Under the pieces are notes generated by a model, which was given only the letters and a program-made list of their open reading frames with translations, ran no database searches and had not been told where the DNA came from. From an uncultured bacterium (GTDB taxonomy: Bacteria > CAYUVA01), in NCBI GenBank assembly GCA_964448115.1, contig CAYUVA010000001.1, positions 62,001 to 126,000 of the forward strand: DNA of 64,000 bases. The letters run 5' to 3'. How positions within the stretch are numbered: position 1 is the first letter of the stretch; every line of letters starts with the position of its first letter. Shown here piece after piece: positions 28,570 to 38,938 of this stretch. The translations under genes and the position numbers were made by a program.

Positions 28570-31080
28570 ATGAAAGCGATAATGATGTGGTCCAGGACAG
28601 ATTCGTCAATACTCGTATATGGCGTTTGTCTGTTGTTTGCAGTGTTTGTATATGCCCAAGGCGAAGACCAGGAATATACTATCGCCCTAGGCGCTTACCG
28701 GGACGGCTTCTATGACATTGCCCTGCCCCAGTTCGAGGCTTATATCAAGGCACACCCCGAGGGGGAATATGCTGCCAACAGCCATTTCTATATCGGCAAG
28801 ATCCTGCAAAGCCAATCAAAACACGCCCGAGCCGTCGAGCATTTCCGAAAGGCGCTAGAGAGAAAGCCAGGCGAGGATCTCGCATCCTATGTCATGTTCG
28901 AGTTAGGGATATCATCTTTCAAGATGGCTGATTATGCTGCCAGTAAAGATGCTTTCTCTAACATTATATCCCGCTACGGTAGCACAAACATCGCTCAAGA
29001 TGCCATGTACTGGCTGGCAGAGACCTACAGCGCCGAGGAAAAATACGAGTTCGCTATAAGCGCTTACGATGACCTGGTGAAGAAATTCCCTGCTGGACAG
29101 TACACAGCCTATGCGCTGTATTCTGCAGGATGGTGCTATATGAAGCTTGGGAAATATGATAGCGCCAAGAGCTATCTGAACCGGGTATTGAACCAGCATC
29201 CCAAGGCTGAGGTGGCAAGGGAATCGAGCTTCTATCTAGCCAAGGCTTACTTCTTAACCGAGGATTACGAGAATACAGAAAAGATGCTCAACTCCATAAA
29301 GCCCTATCCTGCCAAATTCAAAGAGGAGCTTCTGTTCATCGAAGCGAGCACCTATTTTCAGTTGAAGCGCTACGATGAATCGCTCAAGGCTATCGATGGA
29401 TACCTTGCACAGTATCCAAAGGGACGCTTCGGCGAGGAGCTTTTTTTTATCAAGGGCTGGATCGCCTATGAGATGAAACGGTGGAAGCATGCGGTATCTC
29501 AATTCAGGATATTTCTCGAGAGATATCCTACCTCTTTGCGCAAGGGCAAAGCAGAGTACTTGAGCGCCAAGTGTTACCAGCAGCTCGGCGATATCAATGC
29601 TTCATTAGCTGCTTACCAGAGTGCCCGTGATTGCATTGAGCTACCCAAACAAGTTAAATGCGATATTTTATTTTCCCACGCGATCCTTCTAATGCAGCTT
29701 GAAAGAGCTGAGGAGTATGCAAAAATCTTAAGGCAGTTCATCCACAGTTGCCCGCAAAGCGTGCATCTCGGCTATGCCTACTATGCTATCGGCAAGAGCT
29801 TATACATCCGAAAAAAGTATGAGCAAGCCATCCCTTACTTTACTCAAGCAGAGCAGGTCAGTGGCGAATATGCCGATGATGCCATCTTCGAGATCGGCAG
29901 GTGCCACTTTGCCCAGGGCGATTATTTTAGCGCCTTGTTATCCTTCCAGAAGTATCTGCTCGCTTATCCAAGAGGTGAGATGGCTCAACAGGCGAGACTT
30001 TTATCAGCAGAAACCATGTACCAAGGCGGCAGGTATGCAGAAGCAATAGATACATTCTCCTCCATCCTTCCATCGCAAAGAAACAGCGAAAATACACCAT
30101 TTATCGTTGCCAGGATGTTCGACTCATACGCGAGGTTATCTGATCTCGATGCAATGATAGGGCTGCTCAAGCGTTACCAACCTGTCCTGGCTGGTACTAG
30201 CTACCTGATGCCGATGATCACGACCGTTTTTAACCAGCTTATCACCGGCAAAGAGCCCCAGGCGACCAGATCCTTTCTTTATGACTTCATCCTTCCTTAT
30301 GCGGATGCTGACAGGAAGGCGGATCTTCACCTGTTATACCTTAAACAGCTTGATGATTTGCAGCTTTATAAACTGCTCTTGGAGGAGCTAGATAGATTTC
30401 TTGAGACCTATCCGCCCAAGAGTTTCAATTATGAGATGGTTTTCTACTTGCTAGGGCGCCTGGAGAAACATGTTGAGCCGCAGGCTGTAATCTCGTTGCT
30501 TCAAGGGCTGATGGATAAAAGACATCCGCTATCTGCCAGGGAATTAGCCACCTTCTACAAGGCAAAGTATATCTATTATTTGGGAGATAAACCCGAAAGT
30601 CTGCGGCTGTTTTACAGGATTATCGCCCGCGATCCCACCAGACAGCTTGCACAAAAATGCTTGTTATTTCTAGGACACCTGGAGTACATCGAGGAGAACT
30701 ACGCAGAGGCTGCATCATTTCTGAATATGTGCGTAAGAGAAAAAGTCCTCCCAGAAGCCAGGCTTTACTTGGCAATTAGTTATAATAATATGAATAGACA
30801 TGACCTTGCGGTGGGGATACTTGAGGATATAATCGATCAGGGGGCTGAAAACGACCTGATTACCCAGAAGGCGCTGATCGAGTTGGCAGGGATTTATGAG
30901 CAAAAACAAGACTGGGAGAAAGCGCTGGATACTTATGATAGATACCTTGAGCGATTTCCTGCTGGGGGTTATCTTGAGTTTGCCAGGAAACGGTTTGACA
31001 TGCTCAGCAAATATAAAATAAATTCAAATCCAGATGAATATAATGAGACAAAAAATGAGGTCTCCCCGGAAGGCAAGTGA
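28570..31080 (+). CDS. Periplasmic tetratricopeptide-repeat protein (CpoB/BamD-like TPRs)
   Basis: Signal peptide ending AVFVYA; many TPR units of the A...F...L..YP.G...A.Y..G type. Confidence 0.9.
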   Translation: MKAIMMWSRTDSSILVYGVCLLFAVFVYAQGEDQEYTIALGAYRDGFYDIALPQFEAYIKAHPEGEYAANSHFYIGKILQSQSKHARAVEHFRKALERKPGEDLASYVMFELGISSFKMADYAASKDAFSNIISRYGSTNIAQDAMYWLAETYSAEEKYEFAISAYDDLVKKFPAGQYTAYALYSAGWCYMKLGKYDSAKSYLNRVLNQHPKAEVARESSFYLAKAYFLTEDYENTEKMLNSIKPYPAKFKEELLFIEASTYFQLKRYDESLKAIDGYLAQYPKGRFGEELFFIKGWIAYEMKRWKHAVSQFRIFLERYPTSLRKGKAEYLSAKCYQQLGDINASLAAYQSARDCIELPKQVKCDILFSHAILLMQLERAEEYAKILRQFIHSCPQSVHLGYAYYAIGKSLYIRKKYEQAIPYFTQAEQVSGEYADDAIFEIGRCHFAQGDYFSALLSFQKYLLAYPRGEMAQQARLLSAETMYQGGRYAEAIDTFSSILPSQRNSENTPFIVARMFDSYARLSDLDAMIGLLKRYQPVLAGTSYLMPMITTVFNQLITGKEPQATRSFLYDFILPYADADRKADLHLLYLKQLDDLQLYKLLLEELDRFLETYPPKSFNYEMVFYLLGRLEKHVEPQAVISLLQGLMDKRHPLSARELATFYKAKYIYYLGDKPESLRLFYRIIARDPTRQLAQKCLLFLGHLEYIEENYAEAASFLNMCVREKVLPEARLYLAISYNNMNRHDLAVGILEDIIDQGAENDLITQKALIELAGIYEQKQDWEKALDTYDRYLERFPAGGYLEFARKRFDMLSKYKINSNPDEYNETKNEVSPEGK

Positions 31081-31081
31081 T

Positions 31082-34000
31082 ATGAGCAAAGCAGGGTTTG
31101 GATATTCTTTTTTGCTTTTGGAACTGATCCTCTTGACCTCAGTCTTCCCTTTATCTATCTCCTGCGAGGAGCGAGTGCAGATAGACCAGGAGACCATCTT
31201 CATCCCGGAGATAGTTATAACCGCCAAGACCACCTGGGGCATAGAGGAGCTTGCCCCACCTCGCATCGACATCAAGCCAGCAGAGCTAGCAACCGGAGCC
31301 AAGGCAAAGCCTGACATCCTAAGCAAGGAAGCCCTGGAACCACTGGGCTTACCAGTGCAAAAGAGGATCCTGGATGCCAATCGACCCGGTTGCTTCTGCT
31401 ACAAGGCTAACCTGTTCTCTGCCATGGCCCGCTTCTTCCGCATGGAGAGCCAAACCCTGAAGTTCGGGATATTTCATTTTTTTGCCCAGGATTATGACAG
31501 GGCCTTGGAGTTCTTCAAACGAACCGTGGATTACACGGTGAGAGATAAGTACAAGGCTTCTGGGTATTATTGGCTGGGCGAGACAATGATAAAACAAGAC
31601 AATTACGATGCTGCGGTAAATTACCTCGTGGAAGCAGTAAAATATAACCAAAAGCTTACTTGCGTAAAATATGCCCACCATGCGCTTAGCTGGATTTACT
31701 TCCAACAAAAAAAGTATGACCTGGCAATCGACGAGGCGAAAAAGGTGATCCAGTACTCGCAGCATCAGCAGCAGGATCTGGCTTCATTATCCCAGTATAT
31801 CATCGCTCAAAGCCATTATCTCGAAGATGAATACCACCAGGCGGCCAAGGAGTTCACCCGCTTGATCGAGCGATATCCGGAGGCGACCAATCTTAAGGAT
31901 AAGGCACAATTCTGGGCTGGAGAAAGCCTCTATAGGGTAGGGGAGTACGGACAGGCGAAGAGCATCTTCGAGATGTTCGTTAGCAACTTCCCGGATAGCC
32001 CCCTGGTCGAGCACGCTATATATGGCATCGGCTGGTGCTACATCGGGATGGAAAAGATCGAGCAGGCGATTGAGCAGTTCGAGAAGCTACTTTTGCTTTT
32101 TCCAAATGGAGATCTTGCCAAACCCACTCTTTATTGGATAGCGAAGCTGTATGCCGAGATAAACGAGCCGAACAGGGCGCTTGAGAAGCTGACCCAGCTT
32201 ATAGCCAAGTATCCAGACTTTGATAAAGCTCCCCAGGCGCATCGGGAGATGGGATGGATCTACTTTGAGAACCAGCATTTCTTGGAGGCGAGGAACAACT
32301 TCATCTCCCTGGTCGATACCACCGAGGAGGTCGAGCTGGTTGAGGAGGGCTATTTTATGGCAGGGGAGTCCTCGTATAATCTTGGGGACTTCAACGCAGC
32401 CGTGCAGTATTACTCGCTGGTGGACTGCAATGTCTCTACCGCGAATATTTGCCAACAATCCCTGTATAAAAGCGGCTGGTGCTACTATCAACTTGGGAAA
32501 TATGAAAAAGCAAAAAGCATCTTCGATACAATGGCAAAAAAGCACCCCAGCTTCCCCAATATAGACGAGGTTTACTTCTGGCTCGGCGAGGCAGCCTCGA
32601 AGCTGGGAGATTTCGCAACCGCATACAGCTCCTACGAGCGGGTAACCAGCCGCTTCAAGGGAACCAGGAGGTATGATGATTCCCTTTTAGGCTTGGGATG
32701 GATACACTTCAGCGAGGGGAGATATAACAAGGCAATCGAGCACTTTCGACGATTGATCCGGGATGATCCCGGCAGCAACCTGGTTCCGCTGGCATATTTC
32801 AAGATCGGCGAGGCTTATTACAAGATGGGCAGGTATGACCAGGCATTCAAATCATTTGATGAGCTGATCTCGGAGCACCCCAAGAGCGAGATCGCCCAAA
32901 GCGCGCTTTTCGCAATGGGAAAACTGGCTATGAAGATGGAGAGATTCGATGCTGCCAGGAACTATTTCCAGAGGTTGATATATACCTTTCCCTCTGGAAG
33001 GTTGGTGGATCACGCCAAGTACGAGATAGGTTGGAGCTACTTCAGGCAAACCGAGTACAAGGTTGCCATTGCCGAGTTCGAGGACTTGATAGCCAAGTTC
33101 CCGGATAGCCCCTTGATCCCCAAGGCTCTGATGACCATCGCTGAAAGCTATTACAATCGGGAGGAGCTGGATCTTGCCCGGCAATATTACACAAAGGTTA
33201 TAAAAGAGCATTCCCAATCCCCCAAGGCAAAGGACGCGCTCTATGGCATGGCTATGACCTACTTCAAGGAGAAGAAGGTAGCCGAGCTGATCGAAAAAAG
33301 CGCCGAGTTCGATGATGAACTAAGGCAACATAAGCTGGGCGCCTTTCTATGGTATCTGATCGGTGAGGAGGAGTTCGACCAGGGCAACTATGAATCGGCG
33401 ATAGAGAGCTACAGGAAGGTCAAGGATGAATTTGGAGAAAGTGAGTATGCGGATGATGTTTCGCTGCGCATACCAGCCTGTTATCAGGCAATGGATAACC
33501 TCCCCAAAGCCGAAAAGGAGTACGAGGGTTTCATTGCCTCTCACGCAGGCTCGCCCCTTTTGGTCGATGCTTACTTTGCGCTGGGGAAGTGTTTGATGGC
33601 TTTGGGTAAATACTCCCCGGCGCTGGAGAGCTTTGAAAAGGTGCTTGAATTCAAGGATTTTCCGATGGTTGCAGAGGCTTACTTCAATATCGCATTATGC
33701 CACCAGAAAATGGGGGATATGGACCTGGCGGCGGAAAAATTCCACAAGGTCATACAGGTATCCCCGCGAAACGACGCAGCCTTCAGGGCTTATTTCGAGC
33801 TTGGCAATATAAGCCTCGAACAAGGCAAACTCGACAAGGCGCTCGAATACTATGGCAATGCCCTGAAGGCGCCATCCGACCTTCTCAATGCACAGGCACA
33901 GTACCAGATCGGTAGAACCTTTTACCAAAAGGGAGACCTGGACAAGGCGATCCTCGAGTTCCTCAAGGTCGATTACCTTTACCCATTACAGAGGATCTGG

Positions 34001-34162
34001 GTAGAGAAGGCTCAATTCGAGGCTGCAAAGATCTACCAGCAAAAAAAGATGAATCAGAATGCAAAAAAGTTGTATCATAAGATACTGAAGGAATCTGATA
34101 ATATCGAGCTTAAGAAGCTGGTCGAGGAAAGGCTACGGCAGATAGCTAATACCGGCGGATGA
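31082..34162 (+). CDS. Large TPR protein, probable lipoprotein
   Basis: Hydrophobic signal with SISC; long TPR array ending in AILEFLKVDYLYP; start taken as the ATG right after the upstream stop. Confidence 0.88.
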   Translation: MSKAGFGYSFLLLELILLTSVFPLSISCEERVQIDQETIFIPEIVITAKTTWGIEELAPPRIDIKPAELATGAKAKPDILSKEALEPLGLPVQKRILDANRPGCFCYKANLFSAMARFFRMESQTLKFGIFHFFAQDYDRALEFFKRTVDYTVRDKYKASGYYWLGETMIKQDNYDAAVNYLVEAVKYNQKLTCVKYAHHALSWIYFQQKKYDLAIDEAKKVIQYSQHQQQDLASLSQYIIAQSHYLEDEYHQAAKEFTRLIERYPEATNLKDKAQFWAGESLYRVGEYGQAKSIFEMFVSNFPDSPLVEHAIYGIGWCYIGMEKIEQAIEQFEKLLLLFPNGDLAKPTLYWIAKLYAEINEPNRALEKLTQLIAKYPDFDKAPQAHREMGWIYFENQHFLEARNNFISLVDTTEEVELVEEGYFMAGESSYNLGDFNAAVQYYSLVDCNVSTANICQQSLYKSGWCYYQLGKYEKAKSIFDTMAKKHPSFPNIDEVYFWLGEAASKLGDFATAYSSYERVTSRFKGTRRYDDSLLGLGWIHFSEGRYNKAIEHFRRLIRDDPGSNLVPLAYFKIGEAYYKMGRYDQAFKSFDELISEHPKSEIAQSALFAMGKLAMKMERFDAARNYFQRLIYTFPSGRLVDHAKYEIGWSYFRQTEYKVAIAEFEDLIAKFPDSPLIPKALMTIAESYYNREELDLARQYYTKVIKEHSQSPKAKDALYGMAMTYFKEKKVAELIEKSAEFDDELRQHKLGAFLWYLIGEEEFDQGNYESAIESYRKVKDEFGESEYADDVSLRIPACYQAMDNLPKAEKEYEGFIASHAGSPLLVDAYFALGKCLMALGKYSPALESFEKVLEFKDFPMVAEAYFNIALCHQKMGDMDLAAEKFHKVIQVSPRNDAAFRAYFELGNISLEQGKLDKALEYYGNALKAPSDLLNAQAQYQIGRTFYQKGDLDKAILEFLKVDYLYPLQRIWVEKAQFEAAKIYQQKKMNQNAKKLYHKILKESDNIELKKLVEERLRQIANTGG

Positions 34163-34266
34163 GAATGATTTTAATCATAAGTGCAGGTGAATCCGTGTTA
34201 TCTGTGCTAACCTGTGTCCATCTGAGGATAAAAATTCGCAGCGAGCAAAAAAAGGAGTCCTAGAAT

Positions 34267-34887
34267 ATGTTTGAATGGCTAGATTACTTCCATAAGGGCG
34301 GGGTTATCATGTACCCCATTCTTCTTTGTTCCATACTCGCCTTGGCTATAGCGTTTGAGCGTGCATTATACCTGCGGGATAAGGTCCTTCTTCCCTCGGG
34401 ATTCATCAACGAGATAAAGGATCTAGTTTACCAGCGTAATATCAAACAAGCCCTGCGTTTATGCCAGGATACGCCCAAGCCGCTTGCTCGCATCATCGAG
34501 GCTGGCATCTTGAAGCATGAATATAGCCGCGAGGTAATCAAAGAGACATTCGAGAATGCCGGTAAAAACGAGTCGCCTAACCTGGAGAGATTTTTACATG
34601 TGCTGGCTACTATTGCTAGCGTGTCCCCGCTATTAGGGCTTCTCGGCACCGTGGTCGGTATGATACGCGTCTTCGAGGTGATCTCGACACAAGGAGTCGG
34701 GGACGCGGGAGCACTGGCTGGAGGGATATCCGAGGCGCTTCTTACTACCGCCGCTGGACTCCTGGTTGCCATACCTACGGTTATTATACACAACTACTTC
34801 CAGAAGAAGGCAAACAACCTGATGCTATCCATGGAGAGCATCACGCAAGAGATACTCGATATCATAGCCCCGGAGCACAAGGAATAG
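34267..34887 (+). CDS. exbB: MotA/TolQ/ExbB proton channel
   Basis: GGVIMYPILLCS, SPLLGLLGTVVGMI, GISEALLTTAAGL. Confidence 0.9.
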   Translation: MFEWLDYFHKGGVIMYPILLCSILALAIAFERALYLRDKVLLPSGFINEIKDLVYQRNIKQALRLCQDTPKPLARIIEAGILKHEYSREVIKETFENAGKNESPNLERFLHVLATIASVSPLLGLLGTVVGMIRVFEVISTQGVGDAGALAGGISEALLTTAAGLLVAIPTVIIHNYFQKKANNLMLSMESITQEILDIIAPEHKE

Positions 34888-34889
34888 AG

Positions 34890-35306
34890 ATGAACTTCAA
34901 AAGAGACCAGGAGAGCATAAATCCCCAGATAAACCTCACCCCGCTAATCGATGTGGTACTAATGCTGCTTATATTCTTCATGATCACCACCAGCTTCATC
35001 GCCCAACCAGGATTCAGGGTCGATCTCCCGATTGCCGACTCGGATGAGGTACCGGTAAAAAAGGAGATAAGGGTCATCATCACTGAAGATGGCAGTTGCT
35101 ATGTCAATAATCAGTTGATCGCTGCCGATCAGCTTCAGGAGACCTTGGTGGAATTGAAGAAAGAAAAGGATGTACAAGTGCTTATCCTGAAGGCTGACAG
35201 GCGGGTTCCCCACGGGGAGGTAGTCTGCATCATGGAGAAAGCCAAGCTAGCAGGCATCCCGCGCATCGCCATAGCAACCACCCCTCGCACCAAGAAACCC
35301 AGATGA
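34890..35306 (+). CDS. exbD: ExbD/TolR biopolymer transport protein
   Basis: INLTPLIDVVLMLLIFFM and ADRRVPHGEVV. Confidence 0.92.
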   Translation: MNFKRDQESINPQINLTPLIDVVLMLLIFFMITTSFIAQPGFRVDLPIADSDEVPVKKEIRVIITEDGSCYVNNQLIAADQLQETLVELKKEKDVQVLILKADRRVPHGEVVCIMEKAKLAGIPRIAIATTPRTKKPR

Positions 35307-37216
35307 TATCGTCATCCCCAGCCAACGAACCTAGCTTCTTCATCTTCGAGGATACTCCGACCCTTAAGCGCTTGTTATCCGCACTGGAGAAGATAAGCCG
35401 CGCGACCAGCCTGGATGGGATCGCACAGATCGCCCTACACTACCTGCTAGATTTAACGCTCTCAAGCGGAGGAGCAATATACATTTCCAGGCTATTAGCC
35501 TTGGAGGATAACACCAGCGATGTGCTTAGATTGGCTGCATTGCAAAACATCCCCCAGGAGCTGAGGAATAATCTTGGAGTACTGGCAAAGCTCGCCATGG
35601 ATTATGGAAAGATATTGACCTCCCAAGACACGCCCATCATGCATTCCAAGCTCGAGGAGCATGATTTCGTCTGCGTGCCTATAGAGTTCTCTATGGTACA
35701 GTATCAGCAGTTTATGGAGGTACTGAAGGAGGCGACCGGCGACTCGCTGCCCCAGGAAAAAAATGGCAGAATAATAGGCATAATTATACTTATCGCCTCG
35801 GCTGCATCTTCCCTCAACTTGAGCAATCATGACATGGAACTGCTCGCCAGGTTTGCCAAAAATATCGCCATTATGATGCTCGAATATATTCAGATAGATT
35901 TTTATCACGGGGGCTATGAGAATAGTAAAAAACAGGCGAATCGAATCAAGATCCTTAATGAGCTGAGCAATGCGCTTGCCACCCAGTTCGACCTGGATAA
36001 GCTGCTGGACATGATCATGCAATTCATCATACAGCATACCAGGTCCCAGCGCGGTTTTTTAATGTTGTTCGATGATAGGGGAGAGCTTCAGATCGAGGTT
36101 TCCAGGAACCTGGTCAATGATCCCCTGGCAGATGAATATATTCGCATCTCGCAGAGCATCGTAGATAGGGTGGTCAAGACCGCCAAACCGGTGGTGATAA
36201 CCAATATAAGCGCTGAGGATACCATGGCTCACCAGGAGTCGGTGATCGACCTTGAGCTTAAATCGGTTATAGCGATCCCCATGTTTGCCAAGGACAAGAT
36301 GATCGGGATCCTCTATGTTGATAGCAAAATACCCACCTTACCGACCTCAAGAGAGGATATCGACTTTTTAAATACGTTGGCTAGCCAGGCTGCTATCGCC
36401 ATAGAGAACGCTCGGCTGCACAACCAGCAGCTTGCCCAGCAAAGGATCAGGCAGCAGGTCGAGCACCTCAAGCTGGTCGATCAACGAAAGACAGAATTTT
36501 TAAGGACGGTTGCCCACGAGTTGAAGGCTCCCATCTCGGTAATCAGCGAGTACTTGCGGTTGCTAAGCGACCCAACCATGGATGGAGATACAAAACAGCG
36601 TTTTCTTGATATTGCACAACAAGAGACTCAACGCATGTCTCTTATGGTGCGAGGACTGCTGGATCTGTTCAAGATAAAATCTGGCAGCAGGGAGCTTGAG
36701 ATAAGCAGGCTCGACCTTTCAGAGCTTGCTGGGTACACGGTAAACAGGCACGCGGCAGCCGCCAAGAAGAAAAATATCGCCCTGCGTGTTCTGAGCAAAA
36801 AGCCTTTTATGGTCAACGCAGACTACGAGCTGCTCTTGCAGGTGCTTTCCAACCTGGTTACCAATGCGATCAAGTATCATCCCGGCAGCGGCTCCGTAGA
36901 GATTCTGGCAAGTCATCTCGATGCACTGTCGGCTAAGAGCCTCGGCTTGGAGGAGAATATGCTCCCGGTGGTACTAGTTGAGGTGGCTGATGATGGCATG
37001 GGTATCCCCCCTGAAGACATGGAGAGGATCTTCGAGGTATTTCATCGCGTATCGGATCATAAAGCACAAAAGATAAGCGGCATCGGCTTGGGGCTGACCA
37101 TTGCTAAAAGCATCATCGAGGCGCATGGGGGCAAGATCTGGGTCGAAAGGAACATCGGAAAGGGAAGCAGATTCAAGTTCATAATACCTAGGCAGCCAGT
37201 TTCCTTAAAAAAATAA
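35303..37216 (+). CDS. GAF-domain sensor histidine kinase
   Basis: Two GAF-like regions, H-box AHELKAPI, NLVTNAIKY, DDGMGI, GIGLGL; ATGA overlap with exbD. Confidence 0.92.
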   Translation: MISSSPANEPSFFIFEDTPTLKRLLSALEKISRATSLDGIAQIALHYLLDLTLSSGGAIYISRLLALEDNTSDVLRLAALQNIPQELRNNLGVLAKLAMDYGKILTSQDTPIMHSKLEEHDFVCVPIEFSMVQYQQFMEVLKEATGDSLPQEKNGRIIGIIILIASAASSLNLSNHDMELLARFAKNIAIMMLEYIQIDFYHGGYENSKKQANRIKILNELSNALATQFDLDKLLDMIMQFIIQHTRSQRGFLMLFDDRGELQIEVSRNLVNDPLADEYIRISQSIVDRVVKTAKPVVITNISAEDTMAHQESVIDLELKSVIAIPMFAKDKMIGILYVDSKIPTLPTSREDIDFLNTLASQAAIAIENARLHNQQLAQQRIRQQVEHLKLVDQRKTEFLRTVAHELKAPISVISEYLRLLSDPTMDGDTKQRFLDIAQQETQRMSLMVRGLLDLFKIKSGSRELEISRLDLSELAGYTVNRHAAAAKKKNIALRVLSKKPFMVNADYELLLQVLSNLVTNAIKYHPGSGSVEILASHLDALSAKSLGLEENMLPVVLVEVADDGMGIPPEDMERIFEVFHRVSDHKAQKISGIGLGLTIAKSIIEAHGGKIWVERNIGKGSRFKFIIPRQPVSLKK

Positions 37217-37289
37217 GATATTAGGGAGCCGCTTTCAACTGTTGCCGCGTCGCAACAGTTATTAACTTGGTGGTTAGAACACTCTGATC

Positions 37290-37352
37290 CCAAGCCGTGA
37301 GCGTGAGCGAGCGGTCATATTTTTCGCCACTCCCTAACAGTCGTGGCTCGGA
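37290..37352. repeat. REP-like inverted pair
   Basis: AGCCGTGAGCGTGAGCGAGCGG ... CCACTCCCTAACAGTCGTGGCT form imperfect inverted repeats of the AGCCGCGACCGT.AGGGAGCGG type. Confidence 0.55.
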
Positions 37353-37523
37353 TATTTTGTCACCACTTCGTGGCTTGGTTTCCACCTTAATTCGAACGGG
37401 GGGCTGGGATCCCCCGACCTGGTCAGGATATTGCCCCCTCGGGCAAGGACTAGATGCCCGTTCACCCGGGCTTGTATATGACAAGCTAATAATATTCGTG
37501 AGAGTGGCTTTCTGATGTCCTGA

Positions 37524-38789
37524 TTACGGCTTCAGCTTCCTTGCATAGATATCGCGGTTGCTTTCCTGTGTATCGCTATGGCTCCAGGTGATGATGTAGT
37601 TTCCGTTCTCGGCGGCGGCTATCGAGACCTCCTGCTGCCAGCCGGCGATTGATTTCTTGTTGACCAGTATATCCTGACCATTGGCGACTCCATTTGCATC
37701 AAAGGCGCGGGCATAGATATCGTAAAGCTCCCCCTCCTGCTCATTCATACTAACCCAGGCGACCATGAAGCTGCCATCTGGCTGCATTGCTACCGCCGGA
37801 TGCACCTGGTAAGAGGTAGTATAGCTGTTGATCCTGATCTCGCCGCCGTTTTTATTCCCCGAAGCATTGAATCGCTGTCCGAATATGCCGTACTCGCTGC
37901 CGTCCTGGGCGTAGCTTTGCCATACCACGACCGCGCTTCCGTCCGCCGCCATAGCAACACCTGGCGAGTCCTGGTAGGAGCTTGTATAGGTGTTCACCTG
38001 GAACTCATCGCCGGTGAAGTTTCCGCCGCTATCGAGATACCTTCCGAACACTCCCAGTTCGCTACCATCAGCACCCCTGCTTTCCCATACGATCAGAGCA
38101 TTTCCATTAGCATCGCAGGCGATCTCCGGCTTGGTCTGGTTGAAAGAGGTGTAAGTATTTACAATAAGTTCGTCCCCGATCCTATTGCCTGCGGAGTCGA
38201 ATCTCTGCACAAAGATATCGATCTGGGTGGCAGCCTCGTCCTGGGTGCTCTGCTGTGCTGAGCTGGTTTCAAGCACCGCTCCCTCCCAGGCTACGATGAA
38301 GTTGCCCTGCTCATCCATGGCGACCGATGGATTGGTTTGGCTGTTTTCCGTGGTCGTATTAACGATGAATTCATCTTGAGCCTTTGCGCCAGCGGGATCG
38401 AAAATACAAGCAGCGATCCCATAGCTATCGCCATCCTGATCCAGCGATCTCCAGACCACCACCGACTGTCCATTGGAATTCATTGCGATATCAGGGGTAT
38501 CCTGTGCCCCCGGCGTGAATTCATTGACCTGCACCTCGTTACCCTGTTTCTTCTTCGAGGAGTTGAAGCGCTGCAAGAAGATCCCCTCCTCGGAGCCATC
38601 CTGTCCATAGCTGGTCCAAGCGATGGCAAAGTCGCCCCGGTCGTCCGCTCCCACCGAAGGATCTGCCTGGTTGCCATCAGTATTGGTATTGACCGAAAAG
38701 ATTACATTGCCTCCGCCATCATCGCTCGAACAGCCGAAAATAAGCGCACAGAGCGCTATCGACACAAGGATACCGATCGTTGTTCTCAC
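37524..38789 (-). CDS. Lipoprotein with VNTYT-type repeats (probable beta-propeller)
   Basis: Lipobox IFGC; about 6-7 repeats of VN(T/E)xT..Q..P.VA...G.F.V.W; RBS AGGAGG and GTG start. Confidence 0.85.
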   Translation of the reverse strand: MRTTIGILVSIALCALIFGCSSDDGGGNVIFSVNTNTDGNQADPSVGADDRGDFAIAWTSYGQDGSEEGIFLQRFNSSKKKQGNEVQVNEFTPGAQDTPDIAMNSNGQSVVVWRSLDQDGDSYGIAACIFDPAGAKAQDEFIVNTTTENSQTNPSVAMDEQGNFIVAWEGAVLETSSAQQSTQDEAATQIDIFVQRFDSAGNRIGDELIVNTYTSFNQTKPEIACDANGNALIVWESRGADGSELGVFGRYLDSGGNFTGDEFQVNTYTSSYQDSPGVAMAADGSAVVVWQSYAQDGSEYGIFGQRFNASGNKNGGEIRINSYTTSYQVHPAVAMQPDGSFMVAWVSMNEQEGELYDIYARAFDANGVANGQDILVNKKSIAGWQQEVSIAAAENGNYIITWSHSDTQESNRDIYARKLKP

Positions 38790-38938
38790 TAGAACCTCCT
38801 GGTTGGATTTTGTTTGATCTCATCGAGGTGGTAATCTATCATAAAAGATCAGACTTGTGCAATGATATTGTACGCTGAACTGTAAGGAACAAGCAGCCTT
38901 AAAAACGAACAAAAGCAAACCATGGAGAGGATGTAAAT

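Noticed and set aside
37221-37515. 6S RNA, group II intron fragment or other large ncRNA
   Set aside because: No diagnostic motif was found; the structure is explained by short REP-like hairpins between convergent genes. An Rfam scan would settle it.
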